Source of the DNA: Rozella allomycis CSF55
Taxonomy: Eukaryota
Assembly (NCBI GenBank): GCA_000442015.1
Contig: KE561209.1
Location: 655,503-719,121, forward strand
Reading direction: 5' to 3'
DNA: 63,619 bases
The notes below the pieces were generated by a model. That model ran no database searches and had not been told where the DNA came from. It worked only from the letters and a program-made list of their open reading frames with translations. Made by a program: the position numbers and the translations under genes. Below, piece after piece: positions 23,250-35,073 of this stretch (positions within the stretch are counted from its first letter, which is position 1; every line of letters starts with the position of its first letter).

Positions 23250-24018
23250 ATGAACTTTCCCTACTCATTTCGTTTGTACTCTACTACAAGCATGTCTAAC
23301 ATATTAAGAAAAGACATTCAACCAAATTTGAACACTTCCAATTTGAAATTAAGCCAATTCGGTCCAAGAAAGACAACTGAAGCATATGAAGTAAGAGAAA
23401 GGATTGAGTATGCTGTTATTTTAAGCAAAATAATTAAAAGAAGAAGTAAAACGAGCAAAAAGGGCTTCTTTTGGACATTCTCTGCTGCTGGGAACGGAAA
23501 AGGAGCGGTTGGAGTTGGAATTGGAAGGGATGAGGCTCCATCAGAGGCGATTCGCAAATCGTTTGAAAATGCAAGAAAGAACATGGAGTTATTCGATCTT
23601 TATGAAGATAGATCAATATTCCATGACGTATTTGTAAAATTCAAAGCCAGCAAATTGTACAAATATTTACACAATCTTATTTAGGTTGGTTTGGGCAGCG
23701 CCTCCAAAGCATGGAGTTCGTGCTCATCACGCTATACAGAATATATGCAAGGTAGCAGGAATCCGAGACCTTGGTGTTAGGACATATGGATCCAAACATC
23801 CCATGAATGTTGCCTATGGCTTCATGGAGGCATTGAGGAAACAAAAGACGCCTGAGCAGATGGCTTTGGATTCCGGATTGAAAGTCATTGAGCTTAATAA
23901 AGCATTTTATTTGGAAAAATCAGTATGCGAAACATTAAGGAATTCACGAACGGTGCACGCGGCGATGCCACGAAGAGATAATGGAATGGCAAATCAAATA
24001 CAACAGCAAACAAACTAA
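23250..24018 (+). CDS. MRPS5: mitochondrial ribosomal protein uS5m
   Basis: Presequence (FRLYST), AGNGKGAVGVGIG, AIRKSFENARKNM, AAPPKHGVRAHHAIQNICKVAGIRDL, GSKHPMNV. Confidence 0.85.
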
Positions 24019-24032
24019 AATAAATTTTATAA

Positions 24033-25241
24033 TCAATGCCATTCTTCATCGGATGAAGACGATTCCTCTCCTCTTTTTCGTTTCACATTTCCCCTTGAAA
24101 TGTCAAACAATCTTAGACCATCCATTACAGCAGACTTCAAATCCCAAAATTCAATTTTTGGAGGCTCTAATGTCCATTTATCTTTCAGAGGAATTTCAAC
24201 TGCAATATCTTCCTTGAATCCTTTGGCATGTGGATTGTAACTCTTTTTTAATGAATTCACTGCCTGATTTTGATAATGGGTAACACCAACGAATTCAAGT
24301 TCTTGAAATGTAAATGTAGTTGTCAACAGGTTATCATGAAATAATAAATCCTTAGTATCGTGTTCAACTATATGTATTCTTGGAACGTAACGATAAAAGG
24401 ACTGAACTATTAAGTGATTGGATTGATCCTCACTGATTACTTGAGTAATTAATTCTTTTGAGAAATCGATATCAGTTATTTTCCCCTGGTCATTTGATAA
24501 CTTAGCTTTTGCAAATGAAAAGCCATTCTTCATTAAGTTTTCACCATATGTTGCCTGCTCTTCACTTTTATACATTTTGTAAAGTCCTATAGGTGAAAGC
24601 TCTTCTGATTTTTGTGAATAGTTCCAAGATCCGTTTCTAAATCTTAAGCGCCGTTTGGAAACAGGGACGACATCCATCATGATCGTATAATGTTTGATAG
24701 GATCTAAGTTTGAAATGTCTCCTTTAATTAAAGGGAAAAAACATCTTCCGTTCCTAGTCAGTATCATTTCATTACCCAAGTAATGAAACTTAGCCCAGAG
24801 ATCTTCCTGATCCAATCGTAACTGATACTTGTTTTCGTGGCGTATAAAGTCTTGATTTATTTGACTCAAAGCGTAAGCATCCTGTACAAAATGAGAAAAG
24901 GCTTTTGCTGCCTCTATTGTATCATGAGAAATCACATTTCCTTCGCTCACTGAGTCCTCTGTATGAATTGCTGGACAGAGCCAGTTATGCGGGTATGACT
25001 GCAATGTAGAAGGCGAGCCTTTTGAAGCATTGTATCTTTCAGAATGGGAATGTTGGAAAACATGCTGTCCCAGAGATTTAGGGCTCGAGAGAATGTAATC
25101 GCGATAAATATTACTTAAAGAGTGAGCCGCTTTGAATGTAGAGTACGCTTCATCTTCTATTCCCTTGCTAATGAGATCATCTGTGTCCGATGAAGATTCT
25201 TGAGATTTCGGTGATTTCTTTGGAGTGTTATTGTTACTCAT
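24033..25241 (-). CDS. T-box transcription factor
   Basis: LWAKFHYLGNEMILTRNGRCFFP, LDPIKHYTIMMD, FSFAKAKLSN, SFYRYVPRIHIV, FVGVTHYQN, NPHAKGFKE; intronless. Confidence 0.93.
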   Translation of the reverse strand: MSNNNTPKKSPKSQESSSDTDDLISKGIEDEAYSTFKAAHSLSNIYRDYILSSPKSLGQHVFQHSHSERYNASKGSPSTLQSYPHNWLCPAIHTEDSVSEGNVISHDTIEAAKAFSHFVQDAYALSQINQDFIRHENKYQLRLDQEDLWAKFHYLGNEMILTRNGRCFFPLIKGDISNLDPIKHYTIMMDVVPVSKRRLRFRNGSWNYSQKSEELSPIGLYKMYKSEEQATYGENLMKNGFSFAKAKLSNDQGKITDIDFSKELITQVISEDQSNHLIVQSFYRYVPRIHIVEHDTKDLLFHDNLLTTTFTFQELEFVGVTHYQNQAVNSLKKSYNPHAKGFKEDIAVEIPLKDKWTLEPPKIEFWDLKSAVMDGLRLFDISRGNVKRKRGEESSSSDEEWH

Positions 25242-25324
25242 AGCGCTAGTACACTTGCCGGTCAACGAAAATAAGCTTTCATGAATTTAGAAAATAATAA
25301 AGTTAATCGAATGTATGAAATTTA

Positions 25325-25935
25325 TTAAAGTATCATACATTTCTTCTTTTTCTTGTCTGCTTTTTCAGGTAATGATTGATTGATTTGCCTTACAAGATCA
25401 TGAAAAACATCATCGACACATATTTTCTTTCTGGCAGATGTTTCAAAGAAGGCCACATTGCCCCACGAGGAGGCCAAATTCCTGCCCTCCTCTGACGGGA
25501 CAGCCCGATCATCTTCTAAGTCGCACTTGTTTCCTGCAAGTACCATCGGAACCTATTTAATATTATGTATAAGAATTACTTTATCTGTATCCTTCACACG
25601 TAATATTTGTTCGCGCAACTCTGCCAAATCTTTAAAAGTAGACATGGAAGTTATTGAATAAACCAATACAAATCCCTGGCCGTTTTTCATATATAAATCT
25701 CTCATTGCTGTGAATTGCTCCGTCCCAGCAGTGTCTAGAATTTCTAACATGCATTGTTGACCGTCTACTTCCACTTGTTTACGATAGGAGTCTTCAATCG
25801 TAGGGTCATATTTTTCAACAAATATACTTTGAACGAATTGTACAGTCTAAAAGTTATTATGTATGAAATTGAATGTACTAGAGCCGATTTACCGACACCA
25901 CCCGAACCCAAAACAACAAGTTTATATTCTCTCAT
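25325..25935 (-). CDS. RAP1: Rap1/Rsr1 Ras-family GTPase
   Basis: [59 protein letters not shown]. Confidence 0.95.
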
Positions 25936-26058
25936 CTATTATTAGTACTGCGCTATAATGGTATAAATTAAAATAAATAATTAAATGTAATAGAAATAGG
26001 AGCCAATGTATACCTCCGATAAACGTGTGGCGTTACTTGGTAGCCAGGGTGTTTATTT

Positions 26059-27821
26059 TTATGTAGATTTTTGCTTCTTGGCCTTCTTTTTGGCCTTACT
26101 GCGTTGTTTTAAGTATTCCTCACGACTCGAGCCACCTAATAAATCAGCAAATACTCGTTTCTTCAATTGTTGTTGTTCCTGTCTTTTTAGCCAATCCTCT
26201 TCCCCAAACGATCTAAGGTTTAAATTGTTCACAACCTTCTTTCCGTAAAAATTGCCTTCTAATTTTCCGAGATTTTTGACCAGTGATTCTGCAAGGGTTT
26301 TCTTATATTAATTTCCAAATCGGTATTTACCTTTACGTTGACTTCAGCTGCAGACCAAACTGATTCTAATATATAACTGCCATACTGATCCAGAGCAAGC
26401 TCTAGAGCCTTGCCTATAAGTGTGTGGGACAATTTCTTTTTCATTTTATTAGGTGCTGTTCCTTTCAAGAATGATTCTATCACGTGGCATGCAACTTTAT
26501 CGGTGGACCATTGAAATATATTATTTTCATCCATGTCTAGAATGCTATCTAATGACAATGAATATTATTTACCTGTTAGAGAGCATTGATACATGTTCAA
26601 ATGGAAACATGAATAATTTATCGAGCAAAACAGCACCCTGTGGTTTGAATGATTGCTACATCAGATTTATTGATGAAAATTACGGAAGATAAGAACAAAA
26701 GAGATTTTAAGAGTAAGGAGTCTTCTACATTGACTGATTTCTTTAAAACTTCCATGAACTTTTTGTAAAGAGCTTCGATTCTGATGCACGCATCTGCGCA
26801 TTTAATTAGCACGCCAATGTTTGTGGCTTCTTAATTGAGAATGTCGCAAAAAATTACTTGTGACATCACTGATGACATTCTCCGTTTTTAAAAATATTTC
26901 TAATTGCTCCTTGTTACAACGATCTAAAAACTGCTGGACTACAAAATTCGCACAATCATGAGAGACATATTTAGCCAATTTCTTTTGAAGAAGGTTCTCA
27001 AATAGAAACACGAAGTCTTCGTCGCTAATAGTTTCCAAAATGACCTGCATAAAATGACTGCCATTTTTATTTGTTATCAAAATATCAGCGTTGACAAGAG
27101 ACTGCTTATCTGATAATAAATTAATTGGAGCGTTACTTTCCAAATCCAAAACATTTTTAAATATTTTGTTGAAGAGTTCAATGTGATTATTTTTATGCAA
27201 ACAATTCATTAATTTCTGTAATGAGCAGCTACTATGCACAGATAAGCCCAACTGCCAGATATTTTTGATTTGTGATATTCTGTTAATAACACTTTCTAAC
27301 GACTGTTTCAGTTCCTCATTGGCGCATAAATTATCAATAATAATTCTGAAAATGTGTGATCCATATTGGTCACCCAAGAGCTGCTGAACGTCCAATTCTT
27401 CTAAAGAATCTTGCAGAAGTTTCTGAATGTTTCTTAAATCCTTGTTTTCATCGTTATCTTGTTCATTTCCCTGCATTAAAATTGTTTGTACGTATTACTG
27501 CACCCTCATCTAACATTCTTTTAAATGTCTTTTCCAAAACATGTGAACCACTTCGATGAAAGGCCAATCTATCGACCCTATAACAAATATTTGAATGAGA
27601 TACTGTCCAGAAATTCTATCCACAAATACTCGTATATGAAATATGCTACATTTTTCAATAATTTTTTCCAAAACCGTGGATGTTACCTTGTGTAACGACA
27701 ACTGTACTTCATGTCCATCTATTTCTCTAAAAACATTTTCTAAAAATTCTGATAAATCTTCTTGCGAATTTAAGATTGCTTCAAGAGATTTGAAATAAGC
27801 TATTTTTTCAGCTGTTAACAT
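26059..27821 (-). CDS. NOP9: Nop9 pumilio-repeat 18S rRNA processing factor
   Basis: FLENVFREIDG, STVLEKII, DQYGSHIFR, GSHFMQVIL, ANFVVQ, ACHVIESFL, DQYGSYILESVW. Confidence 0.85.
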
Positions 27822-27848
27822 TTTGATTTTTGTGTGGCTTGGGGACAA

Positions 27849-28609
27849 ATGGAAAACTGGTTGAAACTGAAGAATAAATTCAAAGAAAAAGAAGGCAAAG
27901 AAAAGATTGGGAGAAAAAATAATAAAATTCAATCCGTGAAGAACAAAGAAAAAGATTCAAAGGCAACGGAGAAGAAGAATGCAGCAACAACATGCATCAT
28001 TGGAAAATATATCGCCATAGATTGTACTAATTTAAAGTTTAATTTATAGGTGAATTCGTTGGAGTTGGTGTAGAAGGCAAAGAACATGCTCTCGCGCGCG
28101 TTTCGATAGTAAATTACGAAGGTGATGTAGTTTTCGACGAATATGTGAAACCGGCTGAAAAAGTTGTAGATTACAGAACATGGGTTAGTGGAATTTTACC
28201 TGATCATTTAATTAATGGTATGAGAATAATTCATCTATTTAATTAGCCCCATCTTGGATAGAAGTTCAAAAGAGAGTCGGCGAACTAATTAAAGATCGAA
28301 TTTTAATAGGTCACGGTCTTGAAAACGATTTCAAAGTAAAAATGATAATAGTCCTTATTGTAGACTTTAATGATAAATCATCCCAGAAAACTAATACGCG
28401 ATACCTCAACATTTTCAAAGTTTAGAGCATTGAAGAATGGACGGACACCAAGTTTGAAGCTATTAGCTGAAAAGGTTCTATGCATTAATATTCAAGGAGG
28501 CTCCCACTCTTCAGTAGAAGACGCCAGAGCCGCAATGCTACTTTACAGAAAGGTAAAAAAAGAATGGGAGCAAGAATTAACATCAAAAAATAAAAAGCGA
28601 TACATATAA
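27849..28609 (+). CDS. REX4: RNA exonuclease 4 (DEDDh)
   Basis: [48 protein letters not shown]. Confidence 0.92.
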
Positions 28610-28664
28610 TATATTCTTTTGGTATTTAGATTTTCACCTCTTTTGCTTAGTTACACATTTCCAT

Positions 28665-30346
28665 ATGTCAACGGATCAAATTCAAGTTATCACTCGCGAT
28701 AATATACGAACCTTACACCCTAAAAATAATTCAATTAAACAACGTTTGCATTTACCCAAATCTCCGCGGGCCGCTGTATTGAAAAGCAGTGATTTTGCGA
28801 GAATTAAAGTAAATTGAAAATAAATGCAAAAGTAGAATTTAGCAATGGATCTCTCCAAAGAGGAAGAATTGAAGAGGGCACTTGATGGAAATAAAGAGAA
28901 AATTCAAGCAATGGAAGCAGCGAGACTACGAAAGGTTATTTACAGATCCCAAATTTAAATCTAGTTGAAAATGGAGGAGTTTGAAAGAATTAGAAATGAA
29001 AAAGCAAAATTGTCGGATATTGAGATGGCCAATTTGCAACAAGATGAACAGTTGAGAGCGCGGGCTAAACAACAGATGGAAGATGAAGAAGATGAGATAA
29101 AGAAAATGAAAGAGTATATATTGTACGCCAAATGTGTAGCTATACGAGACGCCCAAATAGATGAAAAGAAGCTAATAAAAACTCAAATGAAAGAGGAAGA
29201 GCAAAGGCTTGATGAAATGATGGAAAATATAAGGATTGAAGAATTGAAGAAGATGGAAGAATTGGCTAGAAAAAGACATGAAGGTAAAAATATAGAACAA
29301 TTCAAGACAAAGAAATGAAGCAAGGGGCCGCCATTATCAGAAAACAGATCCAGGAGAGACAAGAATACCATCTTCTTGAACAAGAGAAAAAGGATCAAGA
29401 AACTAAAATAATATTACAGAGCATCAAAGATCAGGCAGAAAAAGAGAAACAAGAAAAGGTTAAAAGGCTTGAAGAACAGCGCCAGCTCATGAATAAGGTA
29501 TGGTGTTTTCTTATGAATAACAAGATAGCTGCAGCTAATCAAGAATTTATCGAACAGAAGAAAAGGAATAAATTAAATGACTTAGAGGAAGACAAGAAAA
29601 TTTTGCAATATTTGCTTGAAAAAGAACAGAAAGATGTAGAACATGATAAACAACAAGCCTTAAAGAAAGCTGAGAGAGAAAAAGAACTGTCAAGATTGCG
29701 CGCCATGCAAGAAAAAGTAAGAACTTGGATGACCTCTAGATAGTCTTTTGATAAACAAGCCCAGCAAGATGCATTGAGAGCAAAGAGGGCATTAGAAGCT
29801 TACGAGAGAGAATGGAGAAGAAAAGAGAAAGAGTCGGTGGAGAAAGCTCTAATCCAAGAAGAAGCTCTAAAGAATGAGAGGTATAAGCAACAGAAGGCCC
29901 GCGAGCAAGCAATAGCTATTGAAGTAACTTTTCGTTATCATTATTATAGGCACAAAAAATGAGACAGGAATTTTATGAAGCTCTCAAAAGACAAAAGGAA
30001 GTGGAAGAAAGGCTTAAACAAGAGGAACTTGAAAAAGCCAAGAATAATAGACAATATGCCGTACAAGTTAAAGTAATTACTCTATAATGCGTTTATAGAA
30101 ACAAATTTCTGAAAAAGAATCTTTAAAGATTAAGGAACGCGAAGATTTCTTTTATGAAGGAATCAGGAGAATGAAAGAAATGCAAGAAAGGGAGAAAAAG
30201 ATAGAATCGATCAAAGAAAGAAAATTGAAGGTAAATATGATTGAAGTTATGGATCAAAGGAATTGGAAATGAATGGTGTTCCTGTCAAGTATGTCAATGA
30301 GGTTAGGCGAAAAATGAAAAATGAAAGCAAGTCTTTTACTAAATAA
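28665..30346 (+). CDS. CFAP45: cilia- and flagella-associated protein 45 (CCDC19)
   Basis: EDEIKKMKEYILYAKCVAIRDAQIDEKK, QDALRAKRALEAYEREWRRKE, C-terminal GVPVKYV; long trichoplein-type coiled coil. Confidence 0.88.
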
Positions 30347-30365
30347 AATGATTGTTAATAATCCA

Positions 30366-30785
30366 TTATGCATTGGTCTTGCTGTAAACACATATGCTGG
30401 ATCCGAATGTTATTAACGTGGCTCCAACTAGACCTTTCCTCGAAAAACATCATCTTATGTACTCTTTATGCTTATAGGCTCTTTTAGAAATACGGACCCC
30501 AAAATTGTCCAAACAAACGCCATTGAATTAATTATGGGAACTGTTATGGACAGCTCTTATCATGATCTTTATACAATGTTACCATTTTTGCCAATCAAAT
30601 AATAGTACCAGATTGATCCACTCAAATTAAGACCCAATGCAATGTAATACAATTACGAAAACTCGTTTAACATTTACCTTCAAGTGACTCAGTTTGTCCT
30701 TTTTGTCAGAAAATTCCTTCATGAAAGGAGTAGTGAAACCCCAGAAAAATGAAACCGTGATATATGAAAAGATATCCCAAATCAT
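30366..30785 (-). CDS. TMEM234: TMEM234-family small membrane protein (not in ORF track)
   Basis: Manual splicing: VSFFWGFTTPFMK, LNLSGSIWYYYLIG, LSITVPIINSMAFVWT, GLVGATLITFG. Confidence 0.82.
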
Positions 30786-30840
30786 GAGAATATGAGCGAA
30801 GGCCAAGCCCCATCAATACATTAATTCATAAACATTTATT

Positions 30841-32002
30841 TTAAAGCAATGATTCCAATGTTTTTTCTAGCGTGACAGAGTCCTCTGCAAATTTTCTAAT
30901 TCCTTCAGATAACTTCTCAGTGGCCATGGCGTCTTGGTTTAACTCCCAGCGAAATGCTTTCTCATCAAAGGTGACTTTTGGGATATCTGATGATTTTGCT
31001 ATTATTAGAAGAAAATAATACTTTACCACTTTCAACGGAAAGCTTTCTACTAATAGATTGTGTTGATAGACTCAGTTCTTCCAATAACGATGGACTTGCT
31101 TAGCACTTTAAATATTGTTTACCTAATTGTTAAGAAATCAATTCCAGCTAATTCAATTATTTCCCCAGAATTTCTAAACGAAGCACCCATGACAATTGTT
31201 GAATAACCGTGCTTTTTGTAATATTGATAAATAGACTTGACAGAAACGACACCTTGAATGTCCAAAAAGGGATTTAAATACCAGGATCTTCTTCAGCGGT
31301 GTAATTCTTTCCTGTAGACTTTTTGTACCAATCAAGAATTCTGCCAACAAAGGGAGAAATCAAAGTCACTCCAGCTTCAGCACATGCCACAGCCTGTAAA
31401 AGGAAAAGAGTTCAGAGTACTTGTGGGAAACTAAACAGCAATGTCAAATTGCAGTGAATTTTGTGCTTTTGTTCCAACTCCCTGGCCGCTTGGATTCCCT
31501 CCCACGTAGATGCTATCTTAATTAATACTCTTCCTTTGTTAATCCCAATTTCTTCGTAAAGGTTTATAATTCTCAATGCTTTTTTAATAGTAGCCTCTTT
31601 ATCAAATGACAATCTGCCAATTAATTCTAGTGTCAGCAAAGTACCTTGCATCGACTTCGGTCGATACTCTTCCGGGAATTAGTTTCAATATTTCGGCGCC
31701 AAATATAACGAGCTTGATTAACGTTTTATATTTATGTTACTAATTTATCCGATGCCAGGTTAATTATTTCATTTTTCTCGCTGGCTTTGGTTTTGGCATA
31801 TTTTATAGCATCTTGAAGCAAGTTTGAATAGTGTGGCTGCTTTATTGCGTTTAGTATTAAAGAAGGATTGGTAGTGGCATCAGTTGGTTTGTATTTTGCA
31901 ATAACTAGGTATTTCACCGTTAAAAATATTACGTTTAAATTCACCTGTATCAGCGACTACAGTGGTCATTTTCTTTAGTTGCTCCAATGCTGTTTCTCCC
32001 AT
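30841..32002 (-). CDS. TAL1: transaldolase
   Basis: [81 protein letters not shown]. Confidence 0.97.
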
Positions 32003-32037
32003 TCCAAATTGAACTTTGAGGTGGCGTAGCCAGGTTT

Positions 32038-33147
32038 ATGAAGAAGAGCTTGTTCATTTACGATCCTCCTTCATTGATATACGAAATTAAAGAACACCAG
32101 ATGATTTCTATTCTAAAATTCTTGAGTGTGAAACCTCAGAGGGCAACTGGATTAGCAAATTCAATACTTTCGGCAACCCAAGTCTTAAAAATCAATAATC
32201 ACAAGTTTCCATGTCAAGAAAAGATTCTCCACAAAAATGATTTGATAAATGTTATTACTAACCTAACAAGCTTTAAAGTTAAGGAAATAGAGCTTAGTCT
32301 GTCAGTATTGAGACATTCCAGAAGCTTCTGTATAATTATTGGGGGAACAAGCGGTACTGGAAAATCTACAATAAGTTCTCTACTTGCAAGCAGAATGAAT
32401 ATATCGACAGTATTAAGTACAGATCACATTAGAAACATTCAGAAATCATGCATATCAAAAGCTGATGATCCAATTTTGCACAAGTCTTCGTATGAGGCAT
32501 ATTCCACGATATACAAAGATGCAATCCCTAAAAAAGATCTTATAATTGAAGGATTTGAAATGCAAAGCGGAAAGGTTGTTCATGACCTTCCAAACCTTAT
32601 CAAAACCTTTATTAACAGAGGTGAAAGCGTCATAGTTGAAGGAGTAAACTTTTCCATACAAAACATTCTTCAATTCTTTAGATCAGAACCTAAATGCATA
32701 CCATTTTTAGTTTATATCAGTAATCCCGTGAAGCATTTAGAGAGGTTTGCAGTCAGAGCTAAATATATGACATTAGAACCTAGAAGAAACAGATACGTTG
32801 AAAACTTTGAAAATATTAGAGTTATTCATGATTATCTTTGTAGTGACGCAGCTGAAAATGGGATTCCGGCAGTAGACAACACCAATATTGATCGGTCTTT
32901 AGCAATAATCCATGAAACAGTCCTTAAATACCTTTTGGATTTTCAAATTGACTTTAAAATGTTTGAAGAAAGACTCAAGCATTTGAATGATAGTTTAAGA
33001 AAGGTTTATGAACGACATTGGAGTTCAAAGCCAATGTTGCAACTAATAAAAGTAAGTTTTCTACATATTTTTACAATAGAATAAAAGAAACGGTGATAAC
33101 AAAAATGAATCTCCCTTTGAAGGTTTTGATGATTGCTTCGGCTCATA
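32038..33147 (+). CDS. P-loop kinase, 2-phosphoglycerate-kinase-like (LPA1-type)
   Basis: GGTSGTGKSTISSLLASR, LSTDHIR, ESVIVEGV, KHLERFAVRAKYMTLEP, DNTNIDRS. Confidence 0.85.
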
Positions 33148-33266
33148 ACTCATAAGGGTAAAGGGAAATCATAATGGAGTAAATAAATTTTGTAGAAATA
33201 GTTTATACGTAATTTAAAACTCGTAATACATTATTTAATGCGATTTATTATGTCGCCATGAAATCA

Positions 33267-34229
33267 TCAGTGATCTCTTCCATGTTCTTTACCGTGATCT
33301 CTTCCATGATGATCTTGTCCATGGTCTCTTCCATGATGGTCTTTTCCATGGTCTTTTCCATGATCTCCTCCATGATGGTCTTTTCCGTGGTCTCTTCCAT
33401 GATGGTCTTTTCCATGATCTCTTCCATGATGGTCTTTTCCATGGTCTCTTCCATGATGGTCTTTTCCATGATCTCTTCCATGATGGTCTTTTCCATGGTC
33501 TCTTCCATGATGGTCTTTTCCATGGTCTTTTCCATGATCTCTTCCATGATGGTCTTTTCCATGGTCTCTTCCATGATGGTCTTTTCCATGGTCTTTTCCA
33601 TGATCTCTTCCATGATGGTCTTTTCCATGGTCTCTTCCATGATGGTCTTTTCCATGGTCTTTTCCATGATCTCTTCCATGATGGTCTTTTCCATGGTCTC
33701 TTCCATGATGGTCTTTTCCATGGTCTTTTCCATGATCTCTTCCATGATGGTCTTTTCCATGGTCTCTTCCATGATGGTCTTTTCCATGGTCTTTTCCATG
33801 ATCTCTTCCATGATGGTCTTTTCCATGGTCTCTTCCATGATGGTCTTTTCCATGGTCTTTTCCATGATCTCTTCCATGATGGTCTTTTCCATGGTCTCTT
33901 CCATGATGGCCTTTTCCATGGTCTTTTCCATGATCTCTTCCATGATGGTCTTTTCCATGGTCTCTTCCATGATGGCCTTTTCCGTGGTCTTTTCCATGAT
34001 CTCTTCCATGATGGTCTTTTCCATGGTCTCTTCCATGATGGCCTTTTCCGTGGTCTTTTCCATGATCTCTTCCATGATGGTCTTTTCCGTGGTCTTTTCC
34101 ATGGTCTTTTATTTCCATTTTCGTTTCGGTAACTATTTCAGTTGCTTTCTTCTTTCCTTCGGCCTCCAAAGTCAAGGGTGCAGCAAAGATTAGATGGATT
34201 GCAAGTGATAGGAAGAAGAATGACTTCAT
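33267..34229 (-). CDS. secreted histidine-rich tandem-repeat protein
   Basis: Signal peptide MKSFFFLSLAIHLIFA followed by about 280 aa of GKDH/GKDHH/GRDH units; only this frame has a unique, signal-peptide-like N-terminus. Confidence 0.8.
   Translation of the reverse strand: MKSFFFLSLAIHLIFAAPLTLEAEGKKKATEIVTETKMEIKDHGKDHGKDHHGRDHGKDHGKGHHGRDHGKDHHGRDHGKDHGKGHHGRDHGKDHHGRDHGKDHGKGHHGRDHGKDHHGRDHGKDHGKDHHGRDHGKDHHGRDHGKDHGKDHHGRDHGKDHHGRDHGKDHGKDHHGRDHGKDHHGRDHGKDHGKDHHGRDHGKDHHGRDHGKDHGKDHHGRDHGKDHHGRDHGKDHGKDHHGRDHGKDHHGRDHGKDHHGRDHGKDHHGRDHGKDHHGRDHGKDHHGGDHGKDHGKDHHGRDHGQDHHGRDHGKEHGRDH
33275..34108. repeat. coding minisatellite of 12/15-nt units forming a 66-nt higher-order repeat
   Basis: Repeated (ga)tggtcttttcca / tgatctcttcca / tggtctcttcca units. 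Confidence 0.95.
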
Positions 34230-34382
34230 ATTGGTATTGGCAAATGCAAAATATCGATTATTATTGTAGTTGTTTGACAGGATTTTAGTTAACTCTTAGA
34301 CTCTACAATGACATAGGTTCTGGAAACATGATTATTTAATGCAGAGCTTGAGGAAAAGGTGACATTTGCGAAATTTACGAAA

Positions 34383-35002
34383 ATGTACTCAACGACACAG
34401 CAAAGATTGTCGCAGGCATTTTCATTTGCGTCAACTGTTCTATTCTTTCTCCTGCCTTTTATAGCTATAACTGGGCTTATTTTACCTAGGGAAGCCCATG
34501 TTGATATGAATTTGAAAGATATATATTTGTAATTTTTAACAAATAACCAAGATAGCAATCGAACAATTAACAGAGTCACTGGAAACAAAAAAGGCGTCAT
34601 ATCACTTGATTTAAATGCTGGTACCTCTGCACCAATCTCTATTATAGATTTTAGCAAAGTTTTTCATTGGAACACCAAAATGATTTATGCCTACTTGGTA
34701 CTAGAATATAAAGATAAAAATTACGTAATGATTATTATTTATTCTGTTACCAGGAACGGAATGAAATTATTTTCTGGGACAAAATAATTTGGAGGACTGA
34801 CGAAAAGGTTATCGATCAAAAAGTGAAAAATGTTTTTGACATTTCTTCATACAAAAATTCTAAATTATTGTAAATTCACTTCTAAATTAAAATAAGCGGT
34901 GTTAACGCTACTGTATCATTTAGGTACAATACGATCCCATGGGTAGGTCTTTTATTTGATGAAGAAATACAAAGAATACCAGTCACTTTTCCGAATAAAT
35001 AA
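34383..35002 (+). CDS. SPC3: signal peptidase complex subunit Spc3/SPCS3
   Basis: MYSTTQQRLSQAFSF, LDLNADFSKVFHWNTKMIYAYLVLEY, NEIIFWDKII, YNTIPWVG. Confidence 0.88.
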
Positions 35003-35073
35003 TTTTTATGTGTCAATTAACGGATTCCAAATGTCAATGGCGTTAATCTAATCTTTCTTAAATTTCCATTCAG

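Noticed and set aside
33275..34108. Repeat array as CRISPR-like
   Set aside because: No unique spacers; eukaryotic coding minisatellite
33248..34193. Two additional long ORFs (MEKT.. on minus, SMMVF.. on plus) overlapping the His-rich gene
   Set aside because: By-product of a stop-free repeat with unit lengths divisible by 3; no unique domain or targeting signal
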